DNA from: Octopus bimaculoides
Taxonomy: Eukaryota
Assembly (NCBI RefSeq): GCF_001194135.2
Contig: NC_068986.1
Coordinates: 31,439,187-31,503,186 of the forward strand
Reading direction: 5' to 3'
DNA: 64,000 nucleotides
Part shown: piece after piece, positions 27,886-42,200 of the stretch
Numbering within the stretch: the stretch's first letter is position 1
Layout: each line of letters starts with the position of its first letter
Position numbers and translations under genes: made by a program
The notes under the pieces: model-generated
The model's input: the letters and a program-made list of their open reading frames with translations, nothing else
The model's database searches: none
What the model was told of the DNA's origin: nothing

Positions 27886-30198
27886 CAGCCAAGGATATAC
27901 ACATTGCAAAGCAAAAACAAAAACCTGGTGCTTTACAAATGAAGTCCCTTGAGTTATTTCTTCTGCATCTAGTTAACCCTCTTGATACCAACCCTGCTGA
28001 CACCACCTCTGGCTCTGAGTACAAATGTCTTGTTTTCATTAAGTTTTGAATTAAAATCTTCCACCAAACGTTTAGTCACAATTTATGTTCCTAACACTAG
28101 CCTAATTATAACTAAATTACTTTACTAAATTCTTTGTTATATTTAAAATTAACCAAAAGAAACACAGAGCATCTCAACCGAAATATGGTAACAAAAGAGT
28201 TAATTACTCTCTTGTCGTTCTTAGCATCAATTATGCAATGAACCAGTAATTGGCCCATTGGAAACTATAATCAATGAAGCTACTGATCACAATAAAATTA
28301 ATTAATCCATCATATTATTCACAGTAAAATATGTTACTGATCTAAAATCAATAGAACGAAATTGAATATCAAATACTGTAATCCATATAAGGGACTCTAA
28401 TACCCTTACAAATTGTTTAACCTGTTCAATAATTTACTGGCAATTAATAAAATTGCATATCCTAAAGCAATCATTCTTCATTCATTATCTTTTACTTGTT
28501 TCAGTCATTGAACTGTGACCTTGCTGGGGTACTGCCTTAAACGGTTTAGTCAGAAAAGTCAACACTCAGTACTTATTTTTATGTTTGGTGCTTAAACTAT
28601 TGGTGTCTGTTTGCCAAACCACTATGTTATGGAGGCGTCAACAAACCAACACCAGTTGTTGAGAAGTGGGATGGAGGGCAAGCATAAACATAAAGATACA
28701 CGCATATATCTACATATATATATATACATATATATATATATGAAAGTGAGAGAGACACATACAACAGGCTTCTACACAGATTTCATCTATCAAAATCACT
28801 CACAAGGCATTAGTCAGAGCAGGACTCTAGTTGAAGTCATTGGCCCAAGGAGCTGTGCAGTAGGACTGAACTCAAAACCACAAAGTTGCAAAACAAGCTT
28901 CTTAACCACACAATTATGCCTGTGCCTATTATTTATTTATTTTATTTATTTTACAGGGGAAGAAACATTTTGGTTGAATTCAGAAGATTCCAATTCTATA
29001 ACCTCAATGGACATTGAAGCAACATCTTATGCTTTGCTCTCTCTTTTGGGAACGGAAGCTACCAGCAAATGGCAAGATTTGAGACCAGTTATCAGGTGGC
29101 TTACCAAACAACGGAAACCCATGGGAGGATTTATGGCTGCAAAGGTTTTTATCATTTTTTTAAACTCCTCAGTTTCTTTTAAGTAATATATATATAAGTT
29201 ATATATATATGTGTGTGTGTGTGTACGTGTGTACATGTGTGTGTTGGACGGTTTGACCAGGGCTGGTAAACTTTCCCTTTTTAACACCAACCACTCTGAG
29301 AGTGTAATGGGTGCTTTTACGTGCCACTGACACATGTGCCATTTGCATGACACCAGTATCTGCCATGACTGCAATTTTGCTCTGATGGGTCTTCTTCTCA
29401 AGCACAACATAATGCCAAAGTTCTCAGCCATTGCCTCCATGTGGCCCAATGCTTGAAAGGAACTAGACCACTTTGCCTCCATATATATATATATATATAT
29501 ANNNNNNNNNNNNNNNNNNNNNNNNNNNNNNNNNNNNNNNNNNNNNNNNNNNNNNNNNNNNNNNNNNNNNNNNNNNNNNNNNNNNNNNNNNNNNNNNNNN
29601 NNNNNNNNNNNNNNNNNNNNNNNNNNNNNNNNNNNNNNNNNNNNNNNNNNNNNNNNNNNNNNNNNNNNNNNNNNNNNNNNNNNNNNNNNNNNNNNNNNNN
29701 NNNNNNNNNNNNNNNNNNNNNNNNNNNNNNNNNNNNNNNNNNNNNNNNNNNNNNNNNNNNNNNNNNNNNNNNNNNNNNNNNNNNNNNNNNNNNNNNNNNN
29801 NNNNNNNNNNNNNNNNNNNNNNNNNNNNNNNNNNNNNNNNNNNNNNNNNNNNNNNNNNNNNNNNNNNNNNNNNNNNNNNNNNNNNNNNNNNNNNNNNNNN
29901 NNNNNNNNNNNNNNNNNNNNNNNNNNNNNNNNNNNNNNNNNNNNNNNNNNNNNNNNNNNNNNNNNNNNNNNNNNNNNNNNNNNNNNNNNNNNNNNNNNNN
30001 NNNNNNNNNNNNNNNNNNNNNNNNNNNNNNNNNNNNNNNNNNNNNNNNNNNNNNNNNNNNNNNNNNNNNNNNNNNNNNNNNNNNNNNNNNNNNNNNNNNN
30101 NNNNNNNNNNNNNNNNNNNNNNNNNNNNNNNNNNNNNNNNNNNNNNNNNNNNNNNNNNNNNNNNNNNNNNNNNNNNNNNNNNNNNNNNNNNNNNNNNN

Positions 30199-30244
<46 letters not shown>

Positions 30245-33200
30245 AATGGTGGTGCCTCAGCATGGCCACAGCTTGTGAAATGAAACTGATTCAATTCATA
30301 TAAATGAATCATCATCATGGCTATTCCAATCTCTGCTGATTTCCCTGACAATGTAATATAGCCTCCACTTGATGTACTGAGTACTGTACTTTAATTGATA
30401 ATCCTTCTGTTTCTAATGGAATTGCCTTCAATCTAAAATCTTTTAATGTTTCAGGATTCAGTTATAGCATTTCAAGCCATTTCCCAGTATGCACTGATGT
30501 GGTCAGAGCGACAGGACCCTGCAGATATAACCATTTATATTGACAATGAATACGACCCAACAGAGACTTTTCAACTCACAAACCAAAACCAGTTTGAATT
30601 GTTCACTTATGCAAAACCACTTAAGAACAAGATTCGGATTGATGCTGAAGGCAGAGGTTGTGGTATCGTTCAGGTAAACCTTTCTTTATTCGTATCCAAA
30701 CAATGAATGTAAATATATAAGCATTTGAAGTATCAATATTTTATACACTATATACATACTTGCATATATAGACACACACACACACACACATACATACGTA
30801 GGTACATAACACTTGCTTACATACATGCTTACATACATTGCTTGCATATATAAACATTTGAAGTATCAATATTTTATGCACTATATACATGCTTGCATAT
30901 ATACACACATACATACATACTTGCATATATACACACATACATACATACTTGCATGCATACATACATACATAATATTGGGTTGTCTGGAAAGTTCGTGCCT
31001 ATTTTTCAAAGAAAGAAAAAGGTCAATAAATACTTGCCATTACATTTTTAATCAACCAAATATGAACCATTTTGTTGCACAATGCGTCTCCATCTTTCCT
31101 TTAACTTGAAAATACCCTCTTCCCAGAACTAAGGTGCTTTCAAGGCAAATAAGTTGAAAGGTAAGCTACTATAAATCGGCACGAACTTTCCGGACAACCC
31201 AATACATGCATGCATACACACAAGATAGATAGCATTTGGGAATAATCACTGTTAATGCTTGTTGAAATTTTACATAATGACCAGTACTAAATTGTACAAT
31301 AAAAAATGTTTAAAAATTTGAAAAATAAAAATCCTCACCAAAATCAAGTTGGTTTAATCATATTAATATTCTCTGTATCTTTTTTTTTTTTTTCTTATAC
31401 ATTTTAAGACTTCCTTGAAATACAATGTTCTTAATCTAAAACAAGAACAGAGCTTCCATTTGCGTGTAGGAGTGGAAAATTCTTACAAAAACTGTGCTGA
31501 AAGGAAGCTGAAAATCTGCAGTCGGTTAGTGTTGGTTTACTAATTTCTTATTTTGTTGATTTTTTTTGTTTTTTTTTGTTTTTTTTTAATATCAGTTTAA
31601 GATTAGTTATATCGTTAGGGTGTTGGAGAAACTGTCTTGCAGTACTTATCATGGCNNNNNNNNNNNNNNNNNNNNNNNNNNNNNNNNNNNNNNNNNNNNN
31701 NNNNNNNNNNNNNNNNNNNNNNNNNNNNNNNNNNNNNNNNNNNNNNNNNCCCCCAAAAGGATGAAAGGCAAAATCGACCTTGGAGGAATTTGAACTCAGA
31801 ATATAATGATGAACAAAATGCTTAGCAGCATTTCACCCAGCATGCTAACGTTTCTGCCAGTTCACCGCCTTTTAGAAAATTCGTTTCTACTCTAAGCACA
31901 AGGCCTGAAATTATGCAACTGGTATTTAATTTATCGACCCCGAAAGGATGAAAGGCAAATCCGACCTTGGGAGAATTTGAACTCAGAACGTAAATACAAG
32001 CATGCTAACATTTCTGCCAGCTCACCACCTTATTAGAAATCCTTATTATAGATTTCCTATATATACTGCTCTCAACTAAATCATCATCATCATCGTTTAA
32101 CGTCCGCTTTCCATGCTAGCATGGGTTGGACGATTTGACTGAGGACTGGTGAACCAGATGGCTACACCAGGCACCAATCTGATTTGGCAGAGTTTCTACA
32201 GCTGGATGCCCTTCCTAATGTCAACCATGGGTGCTTTTACATGCCACCGGCACAAAGGCCAGTCAGGCGGTACTGGCAACGGCCACGCTCAAAATGGTGT
32301 TTTTATGTGCCACCTGCACAGGAGCCAGTCGAGCGGCACTGGCAATGATCTCGCTTGAATGTCTTTTAACTTCACCCACCCCTGCTCGGAAATTGCTGAC
32401 TTTGTATAAAACATTTGAAATCATTATTACCTCTGCCTTAGCAAAGGCGGAGGTATTATATAGTCATGTTTGTTTGTTTGTTTGTCCATGGACAAGATAT
32501 CTCAAGAACCACTGGGTGAATTCGGATGAAACTTTCAGGGATGTTTGGCCTTGTGACTGGCACAAACTGATTAGATTTTCAGATCAATCTGGTACCAGAC
32601 AAGAATTCTGGATTATTTTTCTGGTTTTTTTACTTAATTTTTGAGAGCAGTCAGGTTCATTTTTAGTATTCTTGTTTGTGAGAGCAGTCGAGTTTATTTC
32701 AGATATTCTCATTCTAAAAATCATCTCCAGCTAATCGTTGAGAGGACGTTGGTGTTGCTTTGGCGGAGGTTTGCGCTCTCTGAGTGCTCTTGTTATTATT
32801 GTCTTTACTGCTACTACTATTTTATTAGCCATCAAAAAGCATCAACTACAATAGAATGTTCTGCTTGAAAAGCTAAACTTTTTATCTTCCTCCCAACAAA
32901 CCTATTTATTCCACTTTCGGAATTGTTTATACTCTCTTATTCCTGACACATATTACAAGTTTCCTCATTTGAAGGACTTAATATTTTTGGAAGCAGAATG
33001 AATGCCACACCATTACATTTCCCCCATTATCTGTAATCTTTAATTTTTTAATGCTTAATTATCAAATTGTTGTTTATTTCCAATAGTTACACAGGGAGAA
33101 GTGAAAAGACGAACATTGTTATAATGGAAGTGAAAATGCTAACAGGATGGATCCCACAGCAAATTGTTGATGTGAGTCGCTTTATTATATTTTTGCTTGT

Positions 33201-36200
33201 TTACTGTTTCACTGACTTCAGGTGCTAGACTGTGGCTATGCTGGAGCACCACAAAGTTTTACTTGACCATGTGGTAAGAAGTTTGCTTCCCAACCACATG
33301 GTTCTAGGTTCAGTTCCACTGCATGGCACTTTCGGTGAGTTTCTTAGCCCCAGGCTAACCAAATCCTTGAAAGAAGCCTGTCATATGTATTGGGTCATCC
33401 CATAAATAATGCAGTTTTTTTTAATACTTCTTTTATTTTTCAAAATTAAGATAAACAAAGTTCTTTTTTAATCTAAAATATACTCTCCTTCATTTTCTAC
33501 AATGCTCTTCCATCTTTCTGGTAGACTTGTAAGGCCCTTCTTCCAAAATTCACTTGTCTGTAATGAAAAATACTCCTCCAGTACTGTTCTGACCTCGTCT
33601 ACAGAATTCATGTTTTCTCTGTCCAAACAATTTTGAAGACTGCAGAATAAATGATAATCAGATGAGGCAACGTCCATCTGCATTTTTCTGCTTTTAAAAA
33701 GAAAAAAGGATTTTATCCTTTATATCTATACTGTTCAGTATCTATGCGTTGAATAAAATTTATCTTTCTACTTGTTCTACCATACATTTCAGCGCTTCGA
33801 AAACAAACTTGTTTGTTTACATACGGTGTAAAACAAAATAAATTAATATTTACTGCTTATCTAGTTTTGTGTCTGCTTTAATATTTGTGTTGTTTTAATG
33901 ATCTTTCAGCCAAAACATGCAGAAAGAGTCGGTGTTAAAAAGTATGAAATGACAGAAGACTATGTATATTTATATTTTGATGAGGTAAGTGTAAAACTAC
34001 ACATAGAATTTCTATAATACACATATGTGCTCCACATTATACATAGATTCATTCAACTATATATAGATTTATTCTGCTGCACGTAGTTTTACTACAGTAC
34101 CCATAGATTGACTCTACTTCACATAACCTTAATTGCTCTATCTACCATACTGCAGTCAATTTGAATAGCTGGGCCCTCTTTCTCCCATCCATTCTCCTCA
34201 TCCAGCAACCACTCATAGTAGCACTTCTGTGCCTCTTTCATTCCATAACACACTTCTCTCCACACAGTATCTCAATTCTCTCCAGTACACTGCTTTGCAA
34301 TCCCAGAATGCATCATGCTGTACTCTTTCACCACAACTTTCTCTCACCCTTTCTCCCTGTTTCTGTTGTACCTGTATTTCAAAAGGACCAGCCTTGTCAC
34401 ACTCTGTGTCACGCTGAATCTCCCCGAGAACTACATTAAGGGTACACGTGTCTGTGGAGTGCTCAGCCACTTGCATGTTAATTTCACGAGCAGGCTGTTC
34501 CATTGATCGGATCAACTGGAACCCTCAATGTTGTAACCGACGGAGTGCCAACAATTCACATCCACTTGCCTCCATTCTAGCATCTTCAATATCTTGTTGA
34601 TAGCAGCAGCTCTAAAGTTTTTCTCCAGACAAGAAAAATGAGGATTTTCAGAGATGATGCATTTGATTCTTATTTAACTTCTACATCTGAGAAAAGAAAA
34701 TTTAAAAATTAGAAAGATTGGACAATTGCTTGTTAGCGGTCAGAATGATTTCACACATGATTACACGTTTTCACCAATGGTTGGTATGCTGTTATTTGTC
34801 CACTCACCATGATTCACTACATGCAATTATCATTATTGTTATTACTGCTATCAATAACTTTGAGATGTTTTAGTCTTTGTCACTTAGCATGATAGGTGTT
34901 AGGATTACAAAAAAGAAAAACACACCAGTTACCAAAGGGAAGACTTCATGGTAGTCTTTCTGGAATTGGTGTTGGCTGTGTGCATTAGGAGATAAGCAAC
35001 ACATGCTTTTGGTTTTAGTTTATCATTATAAAAACTGCATGAGAAGTGAATACGTCATAGATATTAATAATATCAATAACAGATAACATATATAATGATT
35101 AATTAAAGCAAACAATATGGTTTCCTTAGCTTGTTTACAGGAAACAAAAAGTATTGAAATGAACAGTGTCTTGGAAAGTCAAGTATATAAAAAGAGGCTG
35201 AATGTAAGGTGGGAACAGAGAGACAGACAAACAGACAACTGGATAGCGAGGCAGGAAGGGAGAGAGATTTACAGCAGTACTGATGTTCTATTTATGCGAT
35301 TGTTACTAATTATTTTGTTTCTTTATTTGTAAAGATGAATAAAACTGCAAAATGTATTGAAATCGAGATTGAACAAGTGTTGGCATTGAGCAGTCTTCCA
35401 GCAGGAGTGGTCGTCTATGATTATTATGATAGAGGTCAGTATCTTTCAGTACGTACATACATACATACATACATATATATATACAATCATAGTGGAGGTG
35501 CAATGGCCCAGTGGTTAGGGCAGCAGACTCACTGCACTTTTGATTATGTACTTGTCTATATGTTTTTTAATCATACCTAATGCGCCTATTATTATAGGGT
35601 TTTATTATTATTATAGGATTGTTTTTTTTTTGTTTTTTGGGGGGATTTTTAAGCCCTAAATCTACTGTTATTTCTTTTATGAAAATCCATTGATTATGTC
35701 CAATAGTCTAAAACAAGAAAAGACACTAATATAACCCATAATTTCTTGTGTACCTGTCATGTGATTCATTTAATTGTCATTTTCCTTTTTCTTTTATCTT
35801 CTAGATGTGATTGGTCATACCTTGTATGGACTGAAAACAACATGTGGAACCAAAGAAGAACTACCAGTAGTTTCTCAAGAGACATATGAAAATTCTATGA
35901 CACAACAAAGACAGCCTATTGGACTACCCCCTGCACTACAAAAGTTGTTAAAGCTAAAATCTAAAAACGTAAACCATATGAATGCTGCAGCAGGTATGTT
36001 CCTAAACTGGAAACCTAACAATTGTAGATCATTTATTGTCACTTAATAGTGGTGTCTTGGAGTAAAGGAAAAGTTTCAAATGAACAGAGTCAGCAATCTG
36101 GTTTTTATTGTCACTTCACTTATTTTTCTATAATCATAAGGGGGGGTGGTATGAATATTACAACTTCTCTTGTCCCCTTCCTTAAAATCTCATATTCCAT

Positions 36201-39200
36201 ATGCATCTAAAAAGAAAACCTTTTGGTTCATAAATACAGTTTTATCTTTTTTTTTTTATATATCGGTGATGTTATTCAGGTTTTGGTCTTACTAAAACCT
36301 CTCATTTCTTCTGAAGTGAGTTTGGACTTTTGGTATGTAGGCTAAATTTATATGTATTTCATGTGAGCACATATTAACATTTGAACTGAAATACATTTAT
36401 ATCACTTGTCTATAGCATAATAGAAACCTGCATGCAATAAGAATACAGGATCCAGCAGAAACTAAACAGTTAAAAATTTCTAAGATGAGGTTAATAGTTC
36501 AAATCTTTCTCTTCCCCCGCATCCCATTAATACAAACTATGGTTTACTTTTTCAGTAAACATTCACCTCTTTTAGCCAAATCCTATTACCACCTCCACCA
36601 CCATTCTTCTTCTCCCTCCCTTTCTTCTTCTTCTCTCTCTCTCTCTTCTTTTTCTTCTTCACTCCTCTTTTTTCCTTTCTTCTATCTCTGTTCTTTTTCT
36701 TCTCGTGTTTTTTTCTTTTGGCATTCTCTCTTTTCCCAGGCTACTATTGAATTAATTGGCTCTGTAAATTTGGAGCAAGTAAATAACTTCTGGCTCCTGG
36801 CAAGTACTCACTAGAACAATCTGAGATTTCTCTAGCTTCCATACATTTGCAATTCTTCAGATACATTTAAGTAGCCTTGTAATCTTGGTCATAGTTTTGT
36901 AGCAAGTTAAATAAAAGTCCCAGTATTACATATTACAATAATGTTTTAACCCTTTAGTACTCAAAGTAGCCATATCTGACCCAAATATTCAACTTGTTTT
37001 ATATTCAAACTGGCAGATCAGGCCTCTCACACCTATCCCACAATGTCATTCTAAAAACAATCACATATAGGCGCAGGAGTGGCTGTATGGTAAGTAGCTT
37101 GCTTACCAACTATATGGTTCCGGGTTCAGTCCCACTGCGTGGCACCTAGGGCAAGTGTCTTCTACTATAACCTCGGGCCGACCAAAGCCTTGCGAGTGGA
37201 TTTGGTAGATGGAAACTGAAAGAAGCCCGTCATATATATGTGTGTGTGTTTGTGTGTCAGTGTTTGTCCCCCTAATATCGCTTGACAACCGATGCTGGTG
37301 TGTTTACGTCCTCGTAACTTAGCAGTTCGGCAAAAAGAAAACGATAGAATAAGTACCAAGCTTACAAAGAATAAGTCCTGGGGTCGATTTGTTCGACTAA
37401 AGGCGGTGCTCCAGCATGGCCGCAGTCAAATGACTACAACACGTAAAAGANNNNNNNNNNATGGCCGCAGTCAAATGACTACAACACGTAAAAGAGTAAA
37501 AGAGTAAAGAGTATATCTGACCCAAATATTCTACTTGTTTTATATTCAAACTGATAGATCAGGCCTCTCTCACCTATCCCACAATGTCATTCTAAAAACA
37601 ATCACATCATTGAAATCTCAAAGCTCCAAGATAATGCATGATAAATTCATATCAATGTGAATAAATAAGCATTACATTTGACAGAATAATCTGAATGCTA
37701 GAGTTAAACTTGACAAAGTAGGCCAATTGTTAGAATGTTGTTGTATTTGTCTTTGCACCATGATCTATATGAAAGGTCCTCTCAAGGCAAACAACACAGC
37801 ATCTAGTGTTCTAACACTACATCCACATTAGCAATTTATATTATGCACACTGTTTACATTAGCCAAACTAGTGTCCTCAACTTGGTTGTTACTTTCACTA
37901 TGTTTTGGTTGTTGTATGCTCCAACCTTCTTCAGGTGCCTTGTGATTCATCTTAGTGCCTTGCCTAGGATTGAACTTAGAACCTCTAGGTGACTGCACTG
38001 CATTAACCAACGCCTTTATCCCCTTTGCTATGCCCGTAGACAGTGACAGTGAATTTTTAAGGCTTACCCATTGATGTCTTATGTCAGGTCTGTACTGATT
38101 ATATTGTACAATTACACAAGGGGGTGTTGAAAAGTTCTCGGCTTTGGGTAAAAGAAAATACTGGAGGATCAGTCCTTTTATTCTTTTACACATTTCAGCT
38201 CTAAGGCTGTGGCCATTCTTGGGCACTTCCAGTATCCAACATATTCTCCTCTCAGATTCACATACTCATTGCAATGTTCCTTCAGTTCTTCTAAGCCCTG
38301 TAAAATAACTTGGATGGTTGGGCCTCCAACCAGACCTTTCAAGATACCCATAAAGCTGGGAACTTTTCAGCACCCTCTCATATATGCTGGAGTGTACAGC
38401 AGCTGAAACATAGAGAAAGCAACAATCAAGATGAGAACACCAATCTGACAAATGTTTTTCATATTTCTCATTAGGTTTTTGTGCCTTATTGTTCCAGAAT
38501 ATAAAAAGAATGAGGATTGGCAGAGTTACTAGAACATTAGACAGAATATTTTTTTAGTATTTCCAGTATTTAGTTTCGCTCTTTCATCCCCATGTTCTGA
38601 GTTCAAATCTTAGTGAGACCAACTTCTGATGTCCGTCCATAAATCCATCCATTTTCTCCATCCACTGTTCCTGGGAGGGTCATGGCAGTTGTGTTGCTGA
38701 CAGGCACTTCCTCCATAGGGTTCTATCAGAAGCAACCATCACTACACTTGCTGGCTGTATCCCCAGGCATGACCAACTGAAAAACTGTGGATGTCATTCA
38801 GCCATCTCGTTCTTTATCAACCTTTACATCTGCTGGTTGGATCAGCTTGAAGAATTCATCTTGCAATTATTTCTTCTGACATTCTAATCATGTCTGTAGT
38901 ACCAGAGTTATGACCTCTCAAGGCAGAGAAGTAGTGGCTTGACCAAGAAAGATTTATTGACCTATAAGTTACACAACCTGTCAAGTAATATTATTCTGGA
39001 GATCCAAGGCAGCAAGCTGGCAGAATCATTAGCACGCTGGGCGAAATGCTTAACGGTATTTTGTCTGTCTTTATGTTCCGAGTTCAAATTCTCCCAAGGT
39101 CAACTTTGCCTTTCATCCTTTCGGGGTCGATAAATTAAGTACCAGTTGCATACTGGGGTCAATCTAAGTGACTGAGCCCCTCCCCAAATATTTCAGGCCT

Positions 39201-42200
39201 TGTGCCTAGAGTAGAAAAGATTATTCTAGAGATCCTTAAAATTAAAATGCTCAGTAATTAGTGTTGTCAGTTTAATTTCTGCAGTGCATCATAACTATAA
39301 ATGGATTAAAATTTGACAAATATTTTCATCTTTGTCATCATCGTTGCTGTCATTATTGATGGTGGCACCAAAGAAAAAAAAAAGTTTAATAGCGTTTCTT
39401 CTGGCCTTACATTCTGAGTTCAAATTCCACTGAGGTTGACTTTGCCTTTCATCCTTTCGGGAGATCAATAAAATGAGCGTCACTTGAGCAATGGATTCAA
39501 TGTAATTGACAAGACTCCTCCCACATATCTTACTAGTACCCTTATGCCTATAGTAGAAAAGTTTATCAATTCCATCTGGTGGATTGGCTGAATAAATGTT
39601 TTTCGGTATTTGTTCCAGCTCTTTACATCCCGAGTTCAATTCCTTAGAAGGCCTATTTTGTTGTTCATCTCTCTGGAGTCAATGAAATAGACTTGTTGTT
39701 GGCACTCCGTTGCTTACAACGTCGAGAGTTCCAGTTGATCCGATCAACGGAACAGCCTGCTCGTGAAATTAACGTGCAAGTGGCTGAGCACTCCACAGAC
39801 ACGTGTACCCTTAACATAGTTCTCGGGGATATTCAGCGTGACACAGTGTGACAAGGCTGACCCATTGAATTACAGGCACAACAGAAACAGGAAGAAAGAG
39901 TGAGAGAAAGTTGGGGCGAAAGAGTACAGCAGGGTTCGCCACCACCCCTGCTGGAGCCTCATGGAGCCTCATGGAGCTTTAGGTGTTTTCGCTCAATAAA
40001 CACTCTCAACGCCCGGTCTGGGAATCAAAACTGTGATCCTATGACCGTGAGTCCGCTGCCCTAACCACTGGGCCATTGCACCTCCTCAATGAAATAGTCA
40101 AGTATTGGGATTGATGATATCAACAAACTCTCTTCTCTCAAAACTACTGACCTTATGTCTAAATTAAAAGCAATTATAATTCCATCTAATATATGTCCCA
40201 GGCTCTTCAAAATCAAATAACTATGAGCAGTACTGGTCAGGTTCTTCATAGTTTCAAGACTATTTTTACCTTTTGTTTGTTTGCTCAAACAAAGACATTT
40301 TACAAAATAAAATCTTACATATAGTAAACTTTAGTTTGAATTTTCAGAAACAGCCAGCTCTATCACAGAAAATCAGCAGAGTGAATCAGCTATTGTACCA
40401 AATGGCACCCAAGTCATTAACACAGCCAATAGTACCTTCAACGCAACTTCTCCACGTAGAAAAACTGTTGCTGAAATAAGTATCACACTGAAAACGACCA
40501 GCGTCAGTTTTCTCACAGAGTATGCTGAGCCAATACCAGTAACTACAGCGTCCAGCACAAATGTAAGCGCTGAAGCAAGCAAAGAACCTATTCTGGTCAA
40601 TTTATCAAGAAATCATAAAAAAAAGGTAAGCTTCAGTGCTTTTCAAATTATATCAAATTATCGTCATCATCATCATCATCATTATATACTAAATGATGAT
40701 GATGATATTGGAGATGATAAAGAGAACTTGTATTAATTGATAGCTATAATACATATCGGAGGCGCAATAGCCCAGTGGTTAGGGCAGCGGACTCACGGTC
40801 ATAGGATCGCGGTTTCAATTCCCAGACCGGGCATTGTGAGTGTTTATTGAGCGAAAACACCTAAAGCTCCACGAGGCTCCGGCAGGGGATGGTGGCAAAC
40901 CCTGCTGTACTCTTCCACCACAACTTTCTCTCACTCTTACTTCCTGTTTCTGTTGTGCCTGCAATTCAAAGGGACCAGCCTTGTCACACTGTGTCATGCT
41001 GAATATCCCCGAGAACTTCGTTAAGGGTACACGTGTCTGTGGAGTGCTCAGCCACTTGCACATTAATTTCACAAGCAGGCTGTTCAACTGAAACCCTCGA
41101 CGTCGTAAGCGACAGAGTGCCAATAATAATAACATAATACATATCACATAATATGCCTGCAAGCCATGTAATGAGCCTCTACACCAGTAATTATTTACCT
41201 GTGCAGTACCATCTCACTGGGTGTATTGTGAGTTCTAAAGTCGATGGATGCTATGGTGGTTCTGTGTGCTTAAAGGGATCATGATGAAATAGTCAACCCT
41301 TTAGCATTCAGATTACTCCATCAAATGTAATGTTTTTTTATTCATTGTTTTGAATTAAGCATGCATTATCTTGTGGCTTCAACATTTTGATGATGTAATT
41401 GTTTATTATTTGACATTGTAGTGTAAATGTGAGAGGTCAGACCTAACTGGTTTGAACATAAAACAAGTAGAATATTTGCACCAGATATGACCTGCTTGAA
41501 TACTGAAATGTTAAACCAGGTACAAGATTTATTTTAAATGGTCCAATATAATTTCCATAAAAAGTTAACCTAAGAGACACTAATCCAATGCAAATATCTA
41601 AAGGGAGGTACATGGGATTCTATGAGAAATAATGGATAAATGACTTTGCTAAATTAGCTTCTGTTTAATTAAAACAATAGGTTTTGTGATTTTCTTATAA
41701 CTCAGTAACCCACTTCCATTTACTGAATGATATTTGCAAGTTGCCATTTGGTGGAAGGGGTTTATTGAGAATCACTGAGCTAGATGGTTGCTCAACCCAT
41801 TATGAATAGATAATGAATTATATTATCAATTATATCCTACCATCATAAAAAGGTAAGACACAATGGATAATGTTGTCCTAGATAATCAGTGCTCTTCCAA
41901 AGGTTGGATGGTCAAAGCTGCAACACTTTTGGTCATAGGTCTGCTCAGTCAGGGCTTACTTAAGGCTAAAGTAATACAGCTATGAATCATGTGACAACAG
42001 AGTGAAACAACTGTATGGTCAACTACATAAATTAAGTAATTCAGATTTATGGAAAAACGAAAGATGAAAGGTATAGGAACAACAACAAGTAAGTGTATTA
42101 GTTTGTTGCTCAGGAAAAAAGGAAAAGTCCTTTACGTTTCAAGCCTATGCTCTTCAACAGAAAGGAATAAGAGGAAATAGAGAGAGAATGAAAAGAAAAT

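Noticed and set aside
24255-30351. Long ORFs full of X (also 31576-31825 and 58104-58523)
   Set aside because: They run through N gaps.
37416-37495. 35-bp direct repeat around a 10-N gap
   Set aside because: An exact overlap of two contig ends, i.e. an assembly artefact.
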